From Convolutriloba macropyga (lineage: Eukaryota): a stretch of DNA of 64,000 bases. The position numbers were made by a program, and so were the translations under genes. The DNA is taken from the NCBI RefSeq assembly GCF_964194025.1, contig NC_134481.1, positions 46,252,001-46,316,000 of the forward strand, in the 5' to 3' direction. Positions 1 to 13,400 of this stretch are shown piece by piece (within the stretch, counting starts at the first letter, position 1; every line of letters starts with the position of its first letter). The notes under the pieces are model-generated. The model searched no databases. It was given only the letters and a program-made list of their open reading frames with translations, and had not been told where the DNA came from.

Positions 1-479
1 GATAGGTTCAGTTAATGCACATTACGAAACCTGTTGCACTTTTAGTCTGCAAGTCCATACCACAGGACTCCAAAAATTTTGTGAAACCTAAAAAAGAAAA
101 TGAAATTTCAATTAATGTTACGAAAACTCAGAGTCGAAGCCAAAAAGAACATGAGCGATTCCTTGAAAGCGACTTTTTTGTTCATTGGGCTTCATTTGAC
201 TGTAAATGAGGTTCGTCATTAACGAAACATCGATGTGAAAAGTGACTAGCCTCTAGGTGACTTAAAAAAACAAAAAAAAATTTGAAACGTTTTCTAAAAA
301 AGGAGCTCTCTTAGAATTCGGATTTTTCATAATAAACTTTCCTATGAGACCAGAACTAGTCTTCTTATCGCTTTTTGTCATATTAGGAACAAAAAATTGA
401 TTAATTTTGTGTCGTGAAATGTAATTTTGACTTAATATTTTTTTACAGAAAAGGTCTTATTTTGAACGAAAATTCCTCT

Positions 480-720
480 AAAATTGAACAAAATCACGCC
501 AAACATCGCGTGTTCACACAAAACTTTAAACCTTGATAACTCGTCGAAAAAAAACGAATTTCAAAAAAATCTTTTTAATTTCGCATTCTACGCTGGACGA
601 GCTTTTCAATGATACTACTAACGTTTTTCTACGATGAATATATCGATCGGCCAAAATTCACGGAACAAAAAAAAACCCATTTGAGTATATAGTTCCTCCT
701 CCACAAGTGGGTCGGAACAA
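480..720 (-). mobile_element. End of a Helentron/HINE-like non-autonomous element (family B); probably continues off the left edge of the window
   Basis: Colinear similarity to 18990-19240 (ttctacgctggac...acgatgaatatatcgatcggccaaa...aaaacccatttgag..tatagttcc...gggtcggaac). Confidence 0.65.
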
Positions 721-950
721 TTAAGATATGTTTTGTGGAATTGAAAAGGTAAAATTGACCAAATAGCCTTTTTATTTGCTAGGGGATCTGGGTCGTTATG
801 TTTTTGGAGAACTTATCTGCAAATATAAAATATTGAATAGTTGATAAATCTAAGAGCGTATCCTCATACGTACCAAAAACAATCATGAACAATCTTTCGA
901 TTTAATGAAGAACAATTTCAATGTTTCAGTTATATTATGAGAAGCTAGTT

Positions 951-1421
951 ATGAGCTCTATGAACAATTGGAGGTATAAACTTCTTCTGTACAGAAGTCG
1001 ATTATCCGTATTTTTTGACAACAACTCCAACTGGTTACTTCCGTCATCTGCCTTGGTATTTGCTGGGTGGACTGCTTTCTTCTTTTTAAAATCCAAAGAG
1101 TTACGAAGGAAAAACAAAACGGAACGATCAAACTCAGCTAATTCTAAGTTTGAAGATTTCTTGTCTGGGATGAGTGATACCAAAAGCGTGCCTAAAGATG
1201 CAATCAAGTTTTCTCCCATGTCGGAGGAGGATAAGAAAATTGCGATTTCAGGACAGGTTATGAAAAGAAAATTAAGTGATGAAGAAATAGCGGCATCGTC
1301 TGCGGGTAAAAGCAAATCTGCGTATAAGAGTAGAACTCGATCAATTGATAGTGATTCTGTATTAGATGTTCAGAATAATAATTATGTGTTTGATTACCTT
1401 ATAAACTTGTTCAAAAAATAA
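951..1421 (+). CDS. Uncharacterised ~156-aa single-pass membrane protein
   Basis: Open frame of ~470 nt in AT-rich DNA; acceptor gtttcag ending 929 precedes ATG 951; hydrophobic segment WLLPSSALVFAGWTAFFFL followed by basic KSKELRRK; AATAAA overlaps the stop (1417-1422). Family not recognised. Confidence 0.6.
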   Translation: MSSMNNWRYKLLLYRSRLSVFFDNNSNWLLPSSALVFAGWTAFFFLKSKELRRKNKTERSNSANSKFEDFLSGMSDTKSVPKDAIKFSPMSEEDKKIAISGQVMKRKLSDEEIAASSAGKSKSAYKSRTRSIDSDSVLDVQNNNYVFDYLINLFKK

Positions 1422-1895
1422 AGATTTAATGAAATTTTCTCTGTCCAGAATACTTCGATTCAACTGATCCAAGAAATGATCAAAGAAATGATTTTGTCAA
1501 TGACAATTTTATTGACTTTCTGATTATTTTACTTCGGGTGTTCATTTGAAAGAGTTATTTTCCCGATTGGAATGGCGTTCATGAGACGGTTCTCCATTAT
1601 AACTTTGCGCAAATCACTCTTGCTGGAATATTTTAAACTTTTCCTTTTTTTTGTTTTGAATGAATGATTGAATTCAGCCAGAAGTTACGAACAACTTGAG
1701 TTATTTTTACAGAACCGAATTTTCCAATTAGGACGCCTGAAAAATCACTAAGTCTCATGAAAGGGGCGACCTTTTAATACGCGTTTGAAGGTACATCGGC
1801 GTTGATTAGCACCTCATTTGCATGGACAGATCAGTCGTTCATTAAATTAAAACTTTCCGATTTTAGATTAGTTACGGTTTTCTAAACGTGCAACA

Positions 1896-2102
1896 ATGGT
1901 CAATGCTTCTGCAGTTTCCAAAATGATGCCTGGTGCAAAAACAGCCCGCATGATGAAAATATGGGGCAAAAGGGGAATGGTCTGGGGAGGGGTCGGGGTT
2001 GTAGCTTTCATCTGGATTTGTGACATCAAAATGATCCAACAAAATATCCCATTCTACGGCAGGAAGTACGGCGAAGAACACGGAACGTGGAAACAGTTTT
2101 AG
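1896..2102 (+). CDS. UQCR11: Cytochrome b-c1 complex 6.4 kDa subunit (UQCR11/QCR10 family)
   Basis: 68 aa; W-x5-WGGVGVVAFIWICDIKMIQQNIPFYGRKY matches the recalled family pattern W..TWGAVGAVGLVWATDWRLILDWVPYINGKF; acceptor ttttag ends at 1866. Confidence 0.8.
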   Translation: MVNASAVSKMMPGAKTARMMKIWGKRGMVWGGVGVVAFIWICDIKMIQQNIPFYGRKYGEEHGTWKQF

Positions 2103-2557
2103 ACTTCAATTTGTGACTCGTAACCTCCTTAATGACGTCATAGGAAATTGAAAGATGTAACAGATTTCATCACTGCTATTCGACTCTGAAATTCGACTTT
2201 GAATGCCACTGATGTCAAGGAATTAATGAATAACAGACAGAGAACTTATATTATAGCGACTGGTGTTATGTAATTTTAATGCATTCTTTTACAATTTAGG
2301 ATATATAACCCGATCATTTTAAGATGTCTTTAGAAATGATTTTCTATGAGAGTCCTGGAATTACAGTGGGGGGGGGGAGTGGTGAGGGTCTGCTTGCTTG
2401 GGGAGGGCGTCTGCTTGCCAAAAATAGAATGGAGCCCACCGGTTCTATCAATTTTATTGGCTGTGGCTGGCAGATTAATTATTAATACAGGCTTTTTGCA
2501 ACCCTTCTGTGTGATCAGTTAATAGTACTGTGCTAACCTTGAGGTCACATTTTTCAG

Positions 2558-2694
2558 ATGTAAATAATGACCTGATTTGGAACACGCGGTTGGTGTTGAC
2601 GAAACTGCGCTACTTCAATAGGCTGACAAGCTGCTCCAACAAAAGACACATGCGAATATCTTCCACAATTTCGTGAACAAGTATCCGGATCGAG
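2558..2694 (+). other. Putative non-coding 5' exon, probably of PHKA
   Basis: Bounded by tttttcag| (ends 2557) and gag|gtaaat (2695); higher GC than flanks; no open frame through it; the next clear coding acceptor is 7405, directly before the PHKA ATG. Confidence 0.4.
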
Positions 2695-3324
2695 GTAAAT
2701 ACACCTTCTATTCATATCCTTAAATTGTTGAAGGCAAATATAGCGTTACAATTACAATAACAGTGTTTTCTTCCTTATGCTCGAAAATTGAAGTCAACTA
2801 ACTTGATTCACTGACACCAAAAAATATTTTCGAATTCGTAACAATTTTGAAAATTTCGTTTTACTAGAGCCAGCGTTTAGTATTTAGACTTTGGTATAGG
2901 AAACGGGTCAATGGGATTTTTACCCGGTTGTTTGATGCTTCTGTCTTGTGAAACAAAAATACCGAACTATATCAAGTACTCGAAAACTGCGAAAATGATT
3001 TTTTTTTGTAGTTAACAAAAGTATGCCGACAATTCTATCACGTATTTTGTATGCGACTCCTATTGTTTTATTCCTCAACGACCAAATCAAGCTGAAATGA
3101 CAATTTTTTCGTTAAAAAGTAAAAAAAATATATATATCTATCCTTTTGTAAGTGATACAATTGGAAGATATTTCAAAAAAAATATTCAGTGAAGTGATGG
3201 ACCGACGGTTTATCAATCTTCAATTGCTCCCGAACGAGGTTTAAGCAATTATTGTTAACGTAGGTGTCTTGATTGAAAGTGAGGATAATTAGCTGTCCGT
3301 GCGCGTAGATAGTTCCATTCAAAG

Positions 3325-3495
3325 TCGGTATAATTCAGTGGCTAGGATCATTGCTTGGAGTTCGAAGACTCTTGTTGGAACTACCCATATAAATTCTCTA
3401 GATTGTGCCAAATGTGTTTTTGCCTTTTACCTCGGCCGCCACTTCCATTCTCTCTAATTTCCCCTGTCATTCGAGAGCAATTTTTCCGACGGTAG
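3325..3495 (+). mobile_element. Degenerate tRNA-derived SINE-like element
   Basis: Degenerate A/B boxes (taattcagtgg...gagttcgaaga); tail cctgtcattcgagagcaatttttccgacg shared with the 15461-15628 copy. Confidence 0.4.
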
Positions 3496-4586
3496 AGTTG
3501 TTTTATGTTTTTAATGCATAATATCTTTAAAAACAGTTTGTGGACATTATAAACAACTTTCTTAGAGTGAAATTTTTATTGTTCCATATTAAGTTCGTGT
3601 ATAAATCAAATGAATTCAAATATAAATCGGTAAGTTTTTTCACCCAGGAAGGCTAACTTCCTGCTCCAGATTTTGTTTCGATTCTTTTATAATAGGAGAC
3701 AAAACATTATATCACTTCATAAAAACACAGATCATATTACTGAAATGCATCTGGTTTCTCAAATTTGAGGCTCAGCTAATTGTTATCAATGGTTAGTTAT
3801 GGACAAGAAATGGAACCGTTAGTTGACCAAATATCAACGATCACCAATTGCGAAAAAATCTGAATTTTTCAATCTGGTGTTCGTACAGAGGTCTTTGTAA
3901 TCGCAGACTACCCGTACGATGTTAGATTTTACCGTGAGTTGTGCAATGTATTCGTATGCACTTATTAGCATAAAAACAATGCAGCAAGATTGCACCAACA
4001 AATTTAGAAATGCATTAAAAGTATGTTTTAATGGCGTTTTTCACGAATACGAGACCTAAGTAAAATACAAATTTATTTTCTGTAATATTCTATAATCTTA
4101 TGCTGTTATTCATTACGTAACGAAAATGTTGCAGACATTTTTAAGCAGTTACTTTCATTTTAAGTGGCTTTGCTTATACTTTTCCCAAGTTTAATGTATT
4201 TTTCGCTCGTCTATCACTGAAACTGTTGAGATTTATGAGATTATATTTTGATTTTGATTATATTTTGATAGTTCTGCTGATTTTATTTGAAAAAATGATT
4301 TCAACTTTCGTCTTTTTATTTCTTGTTCACAATGGCAGTAAGAACGTTAGCGAGAGCAAAATCGATGTTTGAATCAAATAATCATCATTACCAAAACCAA
4401 TTACAAAATCAAACATTGAAAGTGGTTTTTAATGGAAAAGGAAGAGATTAGTTACAGTTTCATAAAATTTCATCTCAATTTTTGTCATTTTTTTATAGTT
4501 CTTGTGTAATAGATAGAAAGTTTTCTTGATCACACGGGCAAATAGACCATTCTTTGGTTTGCAGTTAATTACATACTCTTACGCGT

Positions 4587-5930
4587 TATTGCTAAAAGCT
4601 AAGATCTCTAGCTGCGATAGTGATAACGGAGCGGAGCTTTTATTGGCCTTCTTTTATTTTCTTACATATCAAACAATTTGAAATGTATATCCTTCATTTA
4701 AAATCTGTTCACGCATTTTTACGATTTTTGCTGCCACATTGGAAGAGTGATCTTTGTTACGCCAAGAAAAATGGGGAAATAAAATGGGTGGTATGAAATT
4801 GTGGCATGAAATTTATCACTCCAATTTCCAGAACAGTGAGAGAAAACGGTGGTTGAACCAGCATTCCGCTTTCTCTTTTTTCGTGTAGCAATCTTTCATT
4901 TTTTGTGTGTAGCAATCTGACTTCTGTTACCTATTTTTTCTAGTGCTTTAACTGCTTTTTCCAAATGGTTTGCGAAGTTCCTAGGTTACTTTTGGGACTT
5001 AGTTTTTGTTAAATTATCAAAATTTCTTTTAATTATTGTTCATGACTTGTGATTGTATGTTTTTTATTTAGTCTCGCTGATTTTGAATCAGCTTTTGTTC
5101 ATTCTTGCTTTTTAAAAAAAATGGAAATGCTAGCTTTATGATGTTTTCACCCTTACTGGAGCAAATGTTTTGTTCATCGGCGCGATATTTTTTAGTTCAC
5201 ATACTCTAAAGTCGATCGTTGAATTATAGAGTCGAGGTCAATTGAGGATATCTTGTTCTAAAAAACCTGCCTTGTGGAGCATGTTTAGTAATATTCCAAT
5301 TTCCGTTTTCCTTGATTTCTAGGTGATTCCATTGAAAATGGATAGAATTTTAAATGCTCTAACTTCTAGCAAAATGACAGAATTTCTTGCGGAAAAATTT
5401 ATATTGATTTTTGCGATTTTACCGTATAACGCAGTTAGTTGAGTTCCATGCGAAATCGGTTCCTCATCATACATCTCTTGAATATACAATGCATAAAACT
5501 GCTTGAAACAATGGATGCATGGTTAAGATGAAGAGATCGTACGCGGAACTGAACTGACTTTTTAATACGTAAAACTGGAAGTTCTATCCGGATTTTTTTT
5601 GCTTATATGCTTTTTGTCATTTCTCTAGAATTTGGAGGAACCAAATTGCTGTCTAATTTCAATTGGGTTATTTATATTTAAGGGAAAACGGAAATAGGAA
5701 TGTTAATGAAAGTGCTCTTCAAAAGCAGGCAATTTACTATGTAGTTATACGATTTGAAGTAAATAAGTCTTTGAAGTATATAAGTCTAAATCAATTCAAG
5801 ACATCACAACAATCCGTATGAAAACTTTTTTCAAAATTGTTTGACTCATTTTTTACTTGTGGTTTGAAACTACATGTATACGAAGTTACCGGGGCTTTTT
5901 TCTGGTAATCTGCCATCTATGTTTATTGGT
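4587..5930 (+). mobile_element. Helentron/HINE-like family A copy with nested fold-back element
   Basis: Head ...gcttttattggccttc; body homologous to 41820-41970 and 35815-35920; tail ggcttttttctggtaatctgccatctatgtt. Confidence 0.55.
5190..5795. mobile_element. Fold-back/MITE-like element with ~200-bp imperfect inverted arms
   Basis: Left arm cctgccttgtggagcat...attccaatttccgttttcctt...ttctagcaaaatgaca is the reverse complement of right arm tgtcatttctctagaa...agggaaaacggaaataggaat...gtgctcttcaaaagcagg. Confidence 0.6.
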
Positions 5931-7405
5931 TTTTAATTTTTGTCATTCTGCTTAAAAAATTTTACTTTGGCGTTTTTTTGCCATTTTGATTGACGTGGGC
6001 TTAGCTGGACATTTACGTAGTCAACATATCGGCCACATGAGGTGCATCTTATTCAACCGATCAAAGTTTAGCATAGTCTTAATGTTTTTGTTCCAGCACT
6101 GGATACTATCAACTATTTCGGAAAGTACTGGTAAATATTAATTACGCTTGGGATTTTTATCAATTTAGGCTTTTATTTCAGCCTTATATTAATATAAAAT
6201 CTGACTCGATTTTCTTCTAAAAACAGCTGGAACTTCATTCTCTTAAACCAAGATTCTCTATTTGAACTGATAGTTATCAGCTTGATTTTTTTAGATCTTT
6301 AATTCCCAATGGTAAACTTACTTCGGATGATAATTCTCATAATTTGTGTTGCGTCGGCTTGAAATTTAATTATTCCTCTGTCAATATTCATGTAAATATT
6401 CTTGTTTGCATGCATTAAATTAACACTTTTTTAATCATTTTCATCTGAAATAAAATGTGTAAGGTTACACTCTTTATCATACGCGTGGGTACAACAAACA
6501 ACCGAAATTAGAAAAGTCAAACATGACTACGTCTTTGTGGCATAAAATGCAACAGGCTATATAGCAGAATATCGCTAAACGGATCATGAGTGGTCCATTT
6601 GATGGTATTCCCTGGGACCGGGCAATAGAGCGAAAGGACAAAAGATCGGAAACAGTAAAGTTGGCATAGTAGATAGAAAATTTATCTATTCTCATTGAAT
6701 GAAATTTTTAGGCGAGCTTACAAGAGAATAGCGGGATTTTATATCAATCTATCACAAATGAATCTGCTTCAATTGAACTTAATGAATTTCTTTTTGGATC
6801 TTGTGTTTGTCACAATGTTGCTTCTAATTTTCTGTCTTTAATCTATTGTCACAACACCTTCACATTTGGAGTCGTTTTATATTTCGAATTATACACAGTC
6901 AATATGGAGTTATGCCCCTACCCCACCATCTGGCATTTTTTGTTTATACGTGTGAACGAGGGTGGTCCAAAGGGTGGTTAATTTAAGCATTCAAGAAATT
7001 GGCTACAAATGATGCGAACTAAAGTCACCGTTTTCAGCATCAATAAAAATACCGTCTAACATGTTAAGCAAATACAGCATTTACTTAAACACTTCCTCCA
7101 GCAAAAAATCAAGGGAATTGGTGTAAAGGTTTTTGAGAAATCGATTCTCAGCTGTATTCATTAAGACTTTGATGATTTGGCTACACACATACCACACAAC
7201 TAAAATTCCTGAAGGGTTTTTTTCTCCACTAGAAAACGAATCCTTATCAGTGTTGTATGAATAGATAATGAAATATACAGTCTGAAGTGTCGGGAATAAT
7301 AAGAATGAGAAAAAGGGCAGCTGAGAACAAGCCACTGTGACCTAATGCTGTTCCGCTGCGATTACACAGAAACTGCAGTTATTATCATTAGAATGACCGT
7401 TTCAG

Positions 7406-10400
7406 ATGCGGAGTCGCAGCAACTCGGGTGCAATGTTGGACGTGTACCACCACCAACTCACCAAAGTCCTCTTGGAGTTGCAGCACCCTCTCACTGGCCT
7501 GGTGTCGCCCAGGGATACAGAGTCTGGGTATTTCAACCATGCTTGGATAAGAGATAACGTATATTGTTGTCTGTCAGCGTGGGGACTGAGTCTGGCCTAT
7601 AGGAAGTGCACAACAGACCGAGATAGCGAATCCAGAGTCAAGTTAGTTCACGCGTTTTTGAATGTCTTCGGTTTGATTTTATTAGTTTACGTGGAAGTTT
7701 AAAGGTGATATAGCACTTAGCTATGGTATCAATTATGTTAGAGCCTGTCGTGAAACCCAGTAGTCGGTTGGAGAAAATTGAGTAACTATTGAAAGGGCTT
7801 TATTAAATCATAGCTTAGCTACCGAATCAAAGCTACCGTTGTTACTATCACGTGTGTTTTTCACTTTTTGTCATTATGAATTTTGTGGGAGTTTTAAAGG
7901 CACGATGTTATTTGTAACATAGCCTTAAAGTGGATTTTGAAGAGCTTTCAAAAATATTTTACAGAATGTTAAATTTGAATTAAATTAATTTGATTCTGAG
8001 AGCAGTTTGAGTATTTGAATTGTGAACTGTCAATAGGTAAACAGTTAATAAAAACATCAGCTGCGATTTGCTCTCCACCTCTTTACATTTCAAAGTTAGC
8101 ATTTCTACATTGCTTCGAAGCAAAGTTGAGAAGGTTGGGACGCCTTTTTCAAAATTGATGTGAAGTACTAAGATTTTTCCTCTTCATTTCTATAGCTGAG
8201 AAGCGGTAGCTGAGTGAGGTTAAATGCATTTGTTTTGACGCTTGTGTTTCTTTCTATTACGCCTAGTTCTCGTTTTGCATTTTTCACTCGCGAAAACGAA
8301 CCAATTTTATTTATGCCATTTTTCTCCATTTGCTCTGTCGGCATAATTTGGTAACATCGATCTTCATACAAAAGCACGTGGGAGTACTTTTTCACCATTT
8401 TGTTGCTCCATCGCACTTTAAATGACCGTATTGTAACTTGACTTCCATTCCAGTCAATTTTTCAATTATAGGGAAGGTATCTCAATACAGCCGTAAAGAC
8501 TATTTTTTGATAATCTAATGGCTAGGCTTTTGTTGGCACTTTTTATGCTTCTTACCTAAAAGTCAAAAAATATTGGCTAGCAAATATTTTATTAGCTGAA
8601 GACGTTTTTTAATCATACACCGTCCTAATACAATTTTATGAATTTTGTAACCGGTAACTCTCACCCCGTGGCTTATAAGGGATAAGTAGCCACAAAAGTG
8701 CAGAGTTTGAACATTTTATGCCTCAAATTTTTACTAGCTATAATGATTTCAAATTTGGTGGTTTTCCAGTTGCTTAAACCTTTTGCATTTAGTACAAGTT
8801 GTGCCCTAACTTAACGGCAATAATATGTTGGTTTTTGGGTAAAATTTACTAATAGTTGTGATTTATTCAAGTTCTTCTGCACGTTTTGAAAGATTTTTTT
8901 GTTGCTTGGAACTTTGCTAGTTTTTAATTAAATTTTCTAAGGTACACTAATTCGGTACTTCGGCGTTGTGTGAGGATTTTATGGTCATATGTTGCAATGA
9001 TCATTGATTTTAGGAAGTCAGCTGGCAAGCACTCTTGATTACTCGTGAGTTGCAAGATAATTACTTCTAAATTTGCTATTTGAAAAAAATGACCGTAGGT
9101 CGACTTTTTATTTTATTTTTGCCTAGATAACATACTATTCCCGCATTCTTTCAGAACATAATGTTCTCCTGTGGTAATTTTACCAATGCTGGCTTTTCTG
9201 ATCTGATCTCTATGAGACTTTGAAGTCATTTTCTCGGTGAAGTACATTTCAATAGTTGTACGTACTGAAACAAAGAAAAAAATTGAATGCGCCTAATACA
9301 TTGGGAGTTCTGCCATTCCATGTGCCATTTTAACAGAGTACTGTGCAAGTTCAGGAGTTTTTATTATCAGAAAAAAATTTTGTTCGGCCCGCATTAAAGA
9401 TGTTCCGAAAACTTTTTCAAAGATCTTTGGGCGGCGTAGATCACGTTGTATTTCAACCCCCATTTTCTTAACCTTGTGGTCAACTATGCTTTTTGTAATG
9501 CTTTTACAACTTTCCTCAACGTAAACGGTTCGTGACAGAGGAAAGAATGTTTCCTGCATGCTTTCAGCATAAATCCTTAGCCTTTTTGTTTTATTAAGTT
9601 TTGATGTTTTTGAATAGTTCGTTTTTTTCGATGTAATTGTATTAGGACCATTGCCTTATCCCAGCTGGGGTTTACAACGAAAAAGCCTATTTTTGTGAAA
9701 TTCTTTTTAAAGAGTGCGGATGGTTGAGGCTTCGAAAGCTTTTTTGGTACAGCCTTTTTTTGTTTATTAATAGCTGCAAAGCAATGGGCAGAGCTTTTAT
9801 TGGCCTCCACTTGTTTTTTTTCTCGTCAAGTTTTGTCACAACCATACGATGTCATGATCATTTCAATTCTTTTTTGGTTCGTTTATTCATGCAATTTCGA
9901 TTGAATAGCATGTGTGGACGTTATTTGTCATTTTTTACTAATAGTGGAGCGAATTTTTTCTAATTTGCGTAATTAAGCTTTCGAGGTGAAAATAAATTCT
10001 TGAGGTGAAAACAGTGATTCGAGTCCAATGAAACGTCTTCAATGTTAATTTTTGGAGATATAAATTATTTGGCTGTAGTAGAATTTTGTAACATGTCGTC
10101 ATTCTTAATTCTCAATGGTCTATTTTGCTCGATCACTTAACAGAGTTCATCGTATTGGTTTTTCCGCCTCAATTTTCTAAATTTCCGAATACATAAATTT
10201 TCCTTGTGAAACAACTCTTGTTGCGAAACAACAATTACATAACTTTGGTGAAATAACTTGTTAGCACCTAATGCATACTTCGAAAATTTAAAACTTGTGA
10301 AACTCGGCTCTGCTATTATACTATTTTTCTGCCAGTCTTTTCTGGCGTCTGTTGCTATTCCAAAGTAGTCTAATCAGTTAAAAAGTGGGGCAAGGTACCC

Positions 10401-13400
10401 GACTAATCGCTAGGAGAGTTGATTGAACACACTACCACATGGTTGTTATGGCCCTCTAGAAGTCATTCAACAATTTGGCTTTGGCTTGGAGCGTTATAAC
10501 CTCTCGATATCGTGTGTTTATTTTCATAATGTGTTTCTATCTGCAATACCTCACGGTAATAATCAAACGCTGCTGCTTAAAAACGTTGTCCAAATGGTAA
10601 TCTGCCCTCGTCATGTTGTAATTTGTTCTTTTTTGCAATCATGCCCGGAGTTTGATGATAATTTGATTATTCTTTGTTTCAGTTATCTGGAGAAAAGTGT
10701 AATCAAACTGATGAGGGGACTGATGACGTGTATGATGATGCAGTCAGAGAAGATCGAAGCTTTCAAAAAGTAAATAACAACCCCCCCCCGCCCCCCACCT
10801 CACTCGTATCATTCACGTCCGCATCGGTACAATTATATACATACATTCACACGCATACCACAGCCGTACACTTCAGAGCAATTGGCATGATGGAAAATTG
10901 GTCATGAGATTGTATTTATAGTAGCATTACACATGGTTTACGGGTTTTACGATTATATCAATTCCCATTGTTCAAGTAAAAGGCAGTAATCATAGTATGA
11001 CATGTAATGTGAGACTAAATAATTACTCGTTTGTGATTTCAGAAGCCAAAATAAGTACGACTCAATCCACGCGAAATTTGACGCCTCCAACTTCAGAACA
11101 GTAGTCGGTGACTATGAATGGGGGCACTTACAAATGGACGCAGTTGCCTTCTATGTGCTTTTGCTGGCTCAAATGACAGTTTCTGGGCTTGAAATTATCT
11201 ACACCCACGATGAAGTTGCATTCATCCAGAATTTGGTGTTCTATCTAGAAAACGCTTACAAAACGCCCGACTTTGGAATTTGGGAAAGAGGTGACAAGAC
11301 GAATCGAGGTCATGTTGAACTGAACGCGAGTTCTGTAGGAATGGCAAAAGCTGCCCTGGAAGCTATCCAATCGGTGGATCTTTTTGGTGCGAGAGGGTCT
11401 TCACAATCTGTTATAACGTGCATGCCTGATGAAGTAACGCAATGCAATATTGTACTTCATTCGTTGCTACCGAGAGAATCAAACTCGAAAGAATGTGATC
11501 TATCTTTACTTTGTTTGATAACCTACCCAGCTTTCGCAGTTGACGATGCAGCTTTAAGAGATCAAGTCCGAAATTCAGTTTGTGAAAAGTTAGAAGGTCA
11601 TTACGGATGCAAACGGTTTTTACGAGACGGGTTCAAAACTGTAATTGAAGACCCGGACAGGCTATATTACGAATCGCACGAGTTGAAACTCTTCGAAAAT
11701 ATTGAATGCGAATGGCCGATTGGGTTTTGTTTCCTCTTATTAGACGCCCTCTATAAAGACGATAAAGATTTGGTCGAAAAATACCGAAAGAAGTTAGACA
11801 CCTTGATGGTTCCGTGTCCTGAACTTGGGTTCCACGTAATGCCTGAACTGTACTTTGTGCCCTATGATAATATAAACCAGGAGAAAAAGAACCCAAAAAC
11901 CCAAGACCGTCTTCCCGGTGGCAAAATTCCCCATTTATGGGGTCACTGTTTATGGATTGTGACGTCTCTGATCTGCGATGGGCTTTTGACCATTGGAGAG
12001 ATTGATCCTTTAAATCGAAGGCTGGCGACTCAAGAACGTTTGGATGTTATTGTTCAAATAGCTCCGGTTGCCGAAAACGATGACGTCAAATTGGCATTGG
12101 AGAATGAGAATATTCAAGTTGAAACGGCTGAAGAACTCGCCAACTCGGAGATGAAACTTCGTTTGTTCCATTCGCACGTTTTGAGCACATTGTTGACAAA
12201 ATTGGGCGAATGCCCTAAAATGGGGCTGACTGGGCGTTTTCCTCATGACATCATAGGATACGAGGGAACGAGTAAGTTCTATGTTGTGAAGGAAAACCTC
12301 GTTGCTTTTGTTCCGTTCTTTTTGAACAAACAAAAATTCTATCTTGCCTTGGATCATTCCTTAATTCTAACTCAGTTGAAATTAATGGTTCAATATTTCA
12401 AACTAAACTGGCGCAGTTTGGGCAGACCAACTGTGATTTTATTAATTACCAAAGAGTTCTTGGATCCGAATACGGGAAAGTTATCCCAGTTGTACCTGGA
12501 CACATTGCATAAGTTGAGATCTGGGTTACTAGATGGTTTACGAGTCGGTTTCGGAAGCGTGTCTACATTCTACGCAACATCAAGTATCAGGCGATTAGGA
12601 TTCTTGGAACGAATCATTGACGAAGACGCTTCTAATCCACTTGACCACCATCAGAGCATCAGCAGTCAAGGTCATATCACACCTTTGCTCTTCAGAATGG
12701 GATCCTTTAAAGCGCCCACAGATTTATCAAGAAGAATATCAGTTTTCAGATCTCTCTGCACAAATCGAGACATGGCTATTGGAAGTCCAGGAGAATTTGC
12801 AGAAGACTCAAATCGGTTGCCTAAGAACTCGACCGTAACTTCTTTTCTCAGAATAATGTCAACAGATTCGATGCCGGACGAAGAGTCTTCGAGTGTGAAG
12901 AAGTCAGCAATTGACTCGGCCAGTGAAAGTGACCTCGTGAAGTTACTACATAGCACTTCATCATTGAGTGAACAACTCGACGTTCTGGTTTTTATGTACA
13001 ATAAATATGGCAGTAATCATAAAGTTAAGATTGGTGAGCAAACACCGACAGTTCGTATGCTGTTGAAGGAACTGTACAGGAAAAGCTCAGAAGTTCTGGC
13101 GTGGAGCGTTTTGAGGTACAGTGCCAGTTTGCTACAAAAGACGCTGGATAATATTACGTCATCAATTCTGCAGATTCTCATCAGACGTAAAGCGGTGACA
13201 ATCGGAATGCCTCCGGAACCTCGCGAGAAGACCATTATCAAACCAGTTACGCTTGAGGTCTTTAATGATATGTTGTACGATGCGTGCGGCAGTAGCAGTC
13301 CTTTGGCAGCTTTGACTCAAGAAATCATCAAGTTCACTGCCCTGCTCGTTGAGACCCAACTTGACCTGTTCGCAGGTATGATGCGAATCAGGATGGGTCT

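Noticed and set aside
8645-10405. pogo/Tc1-like element with TA TSD
   Set aside because: Candidate TIRs (accggtaactctcacccc versus ggggcaaggtacccgac) match too poorly to call.
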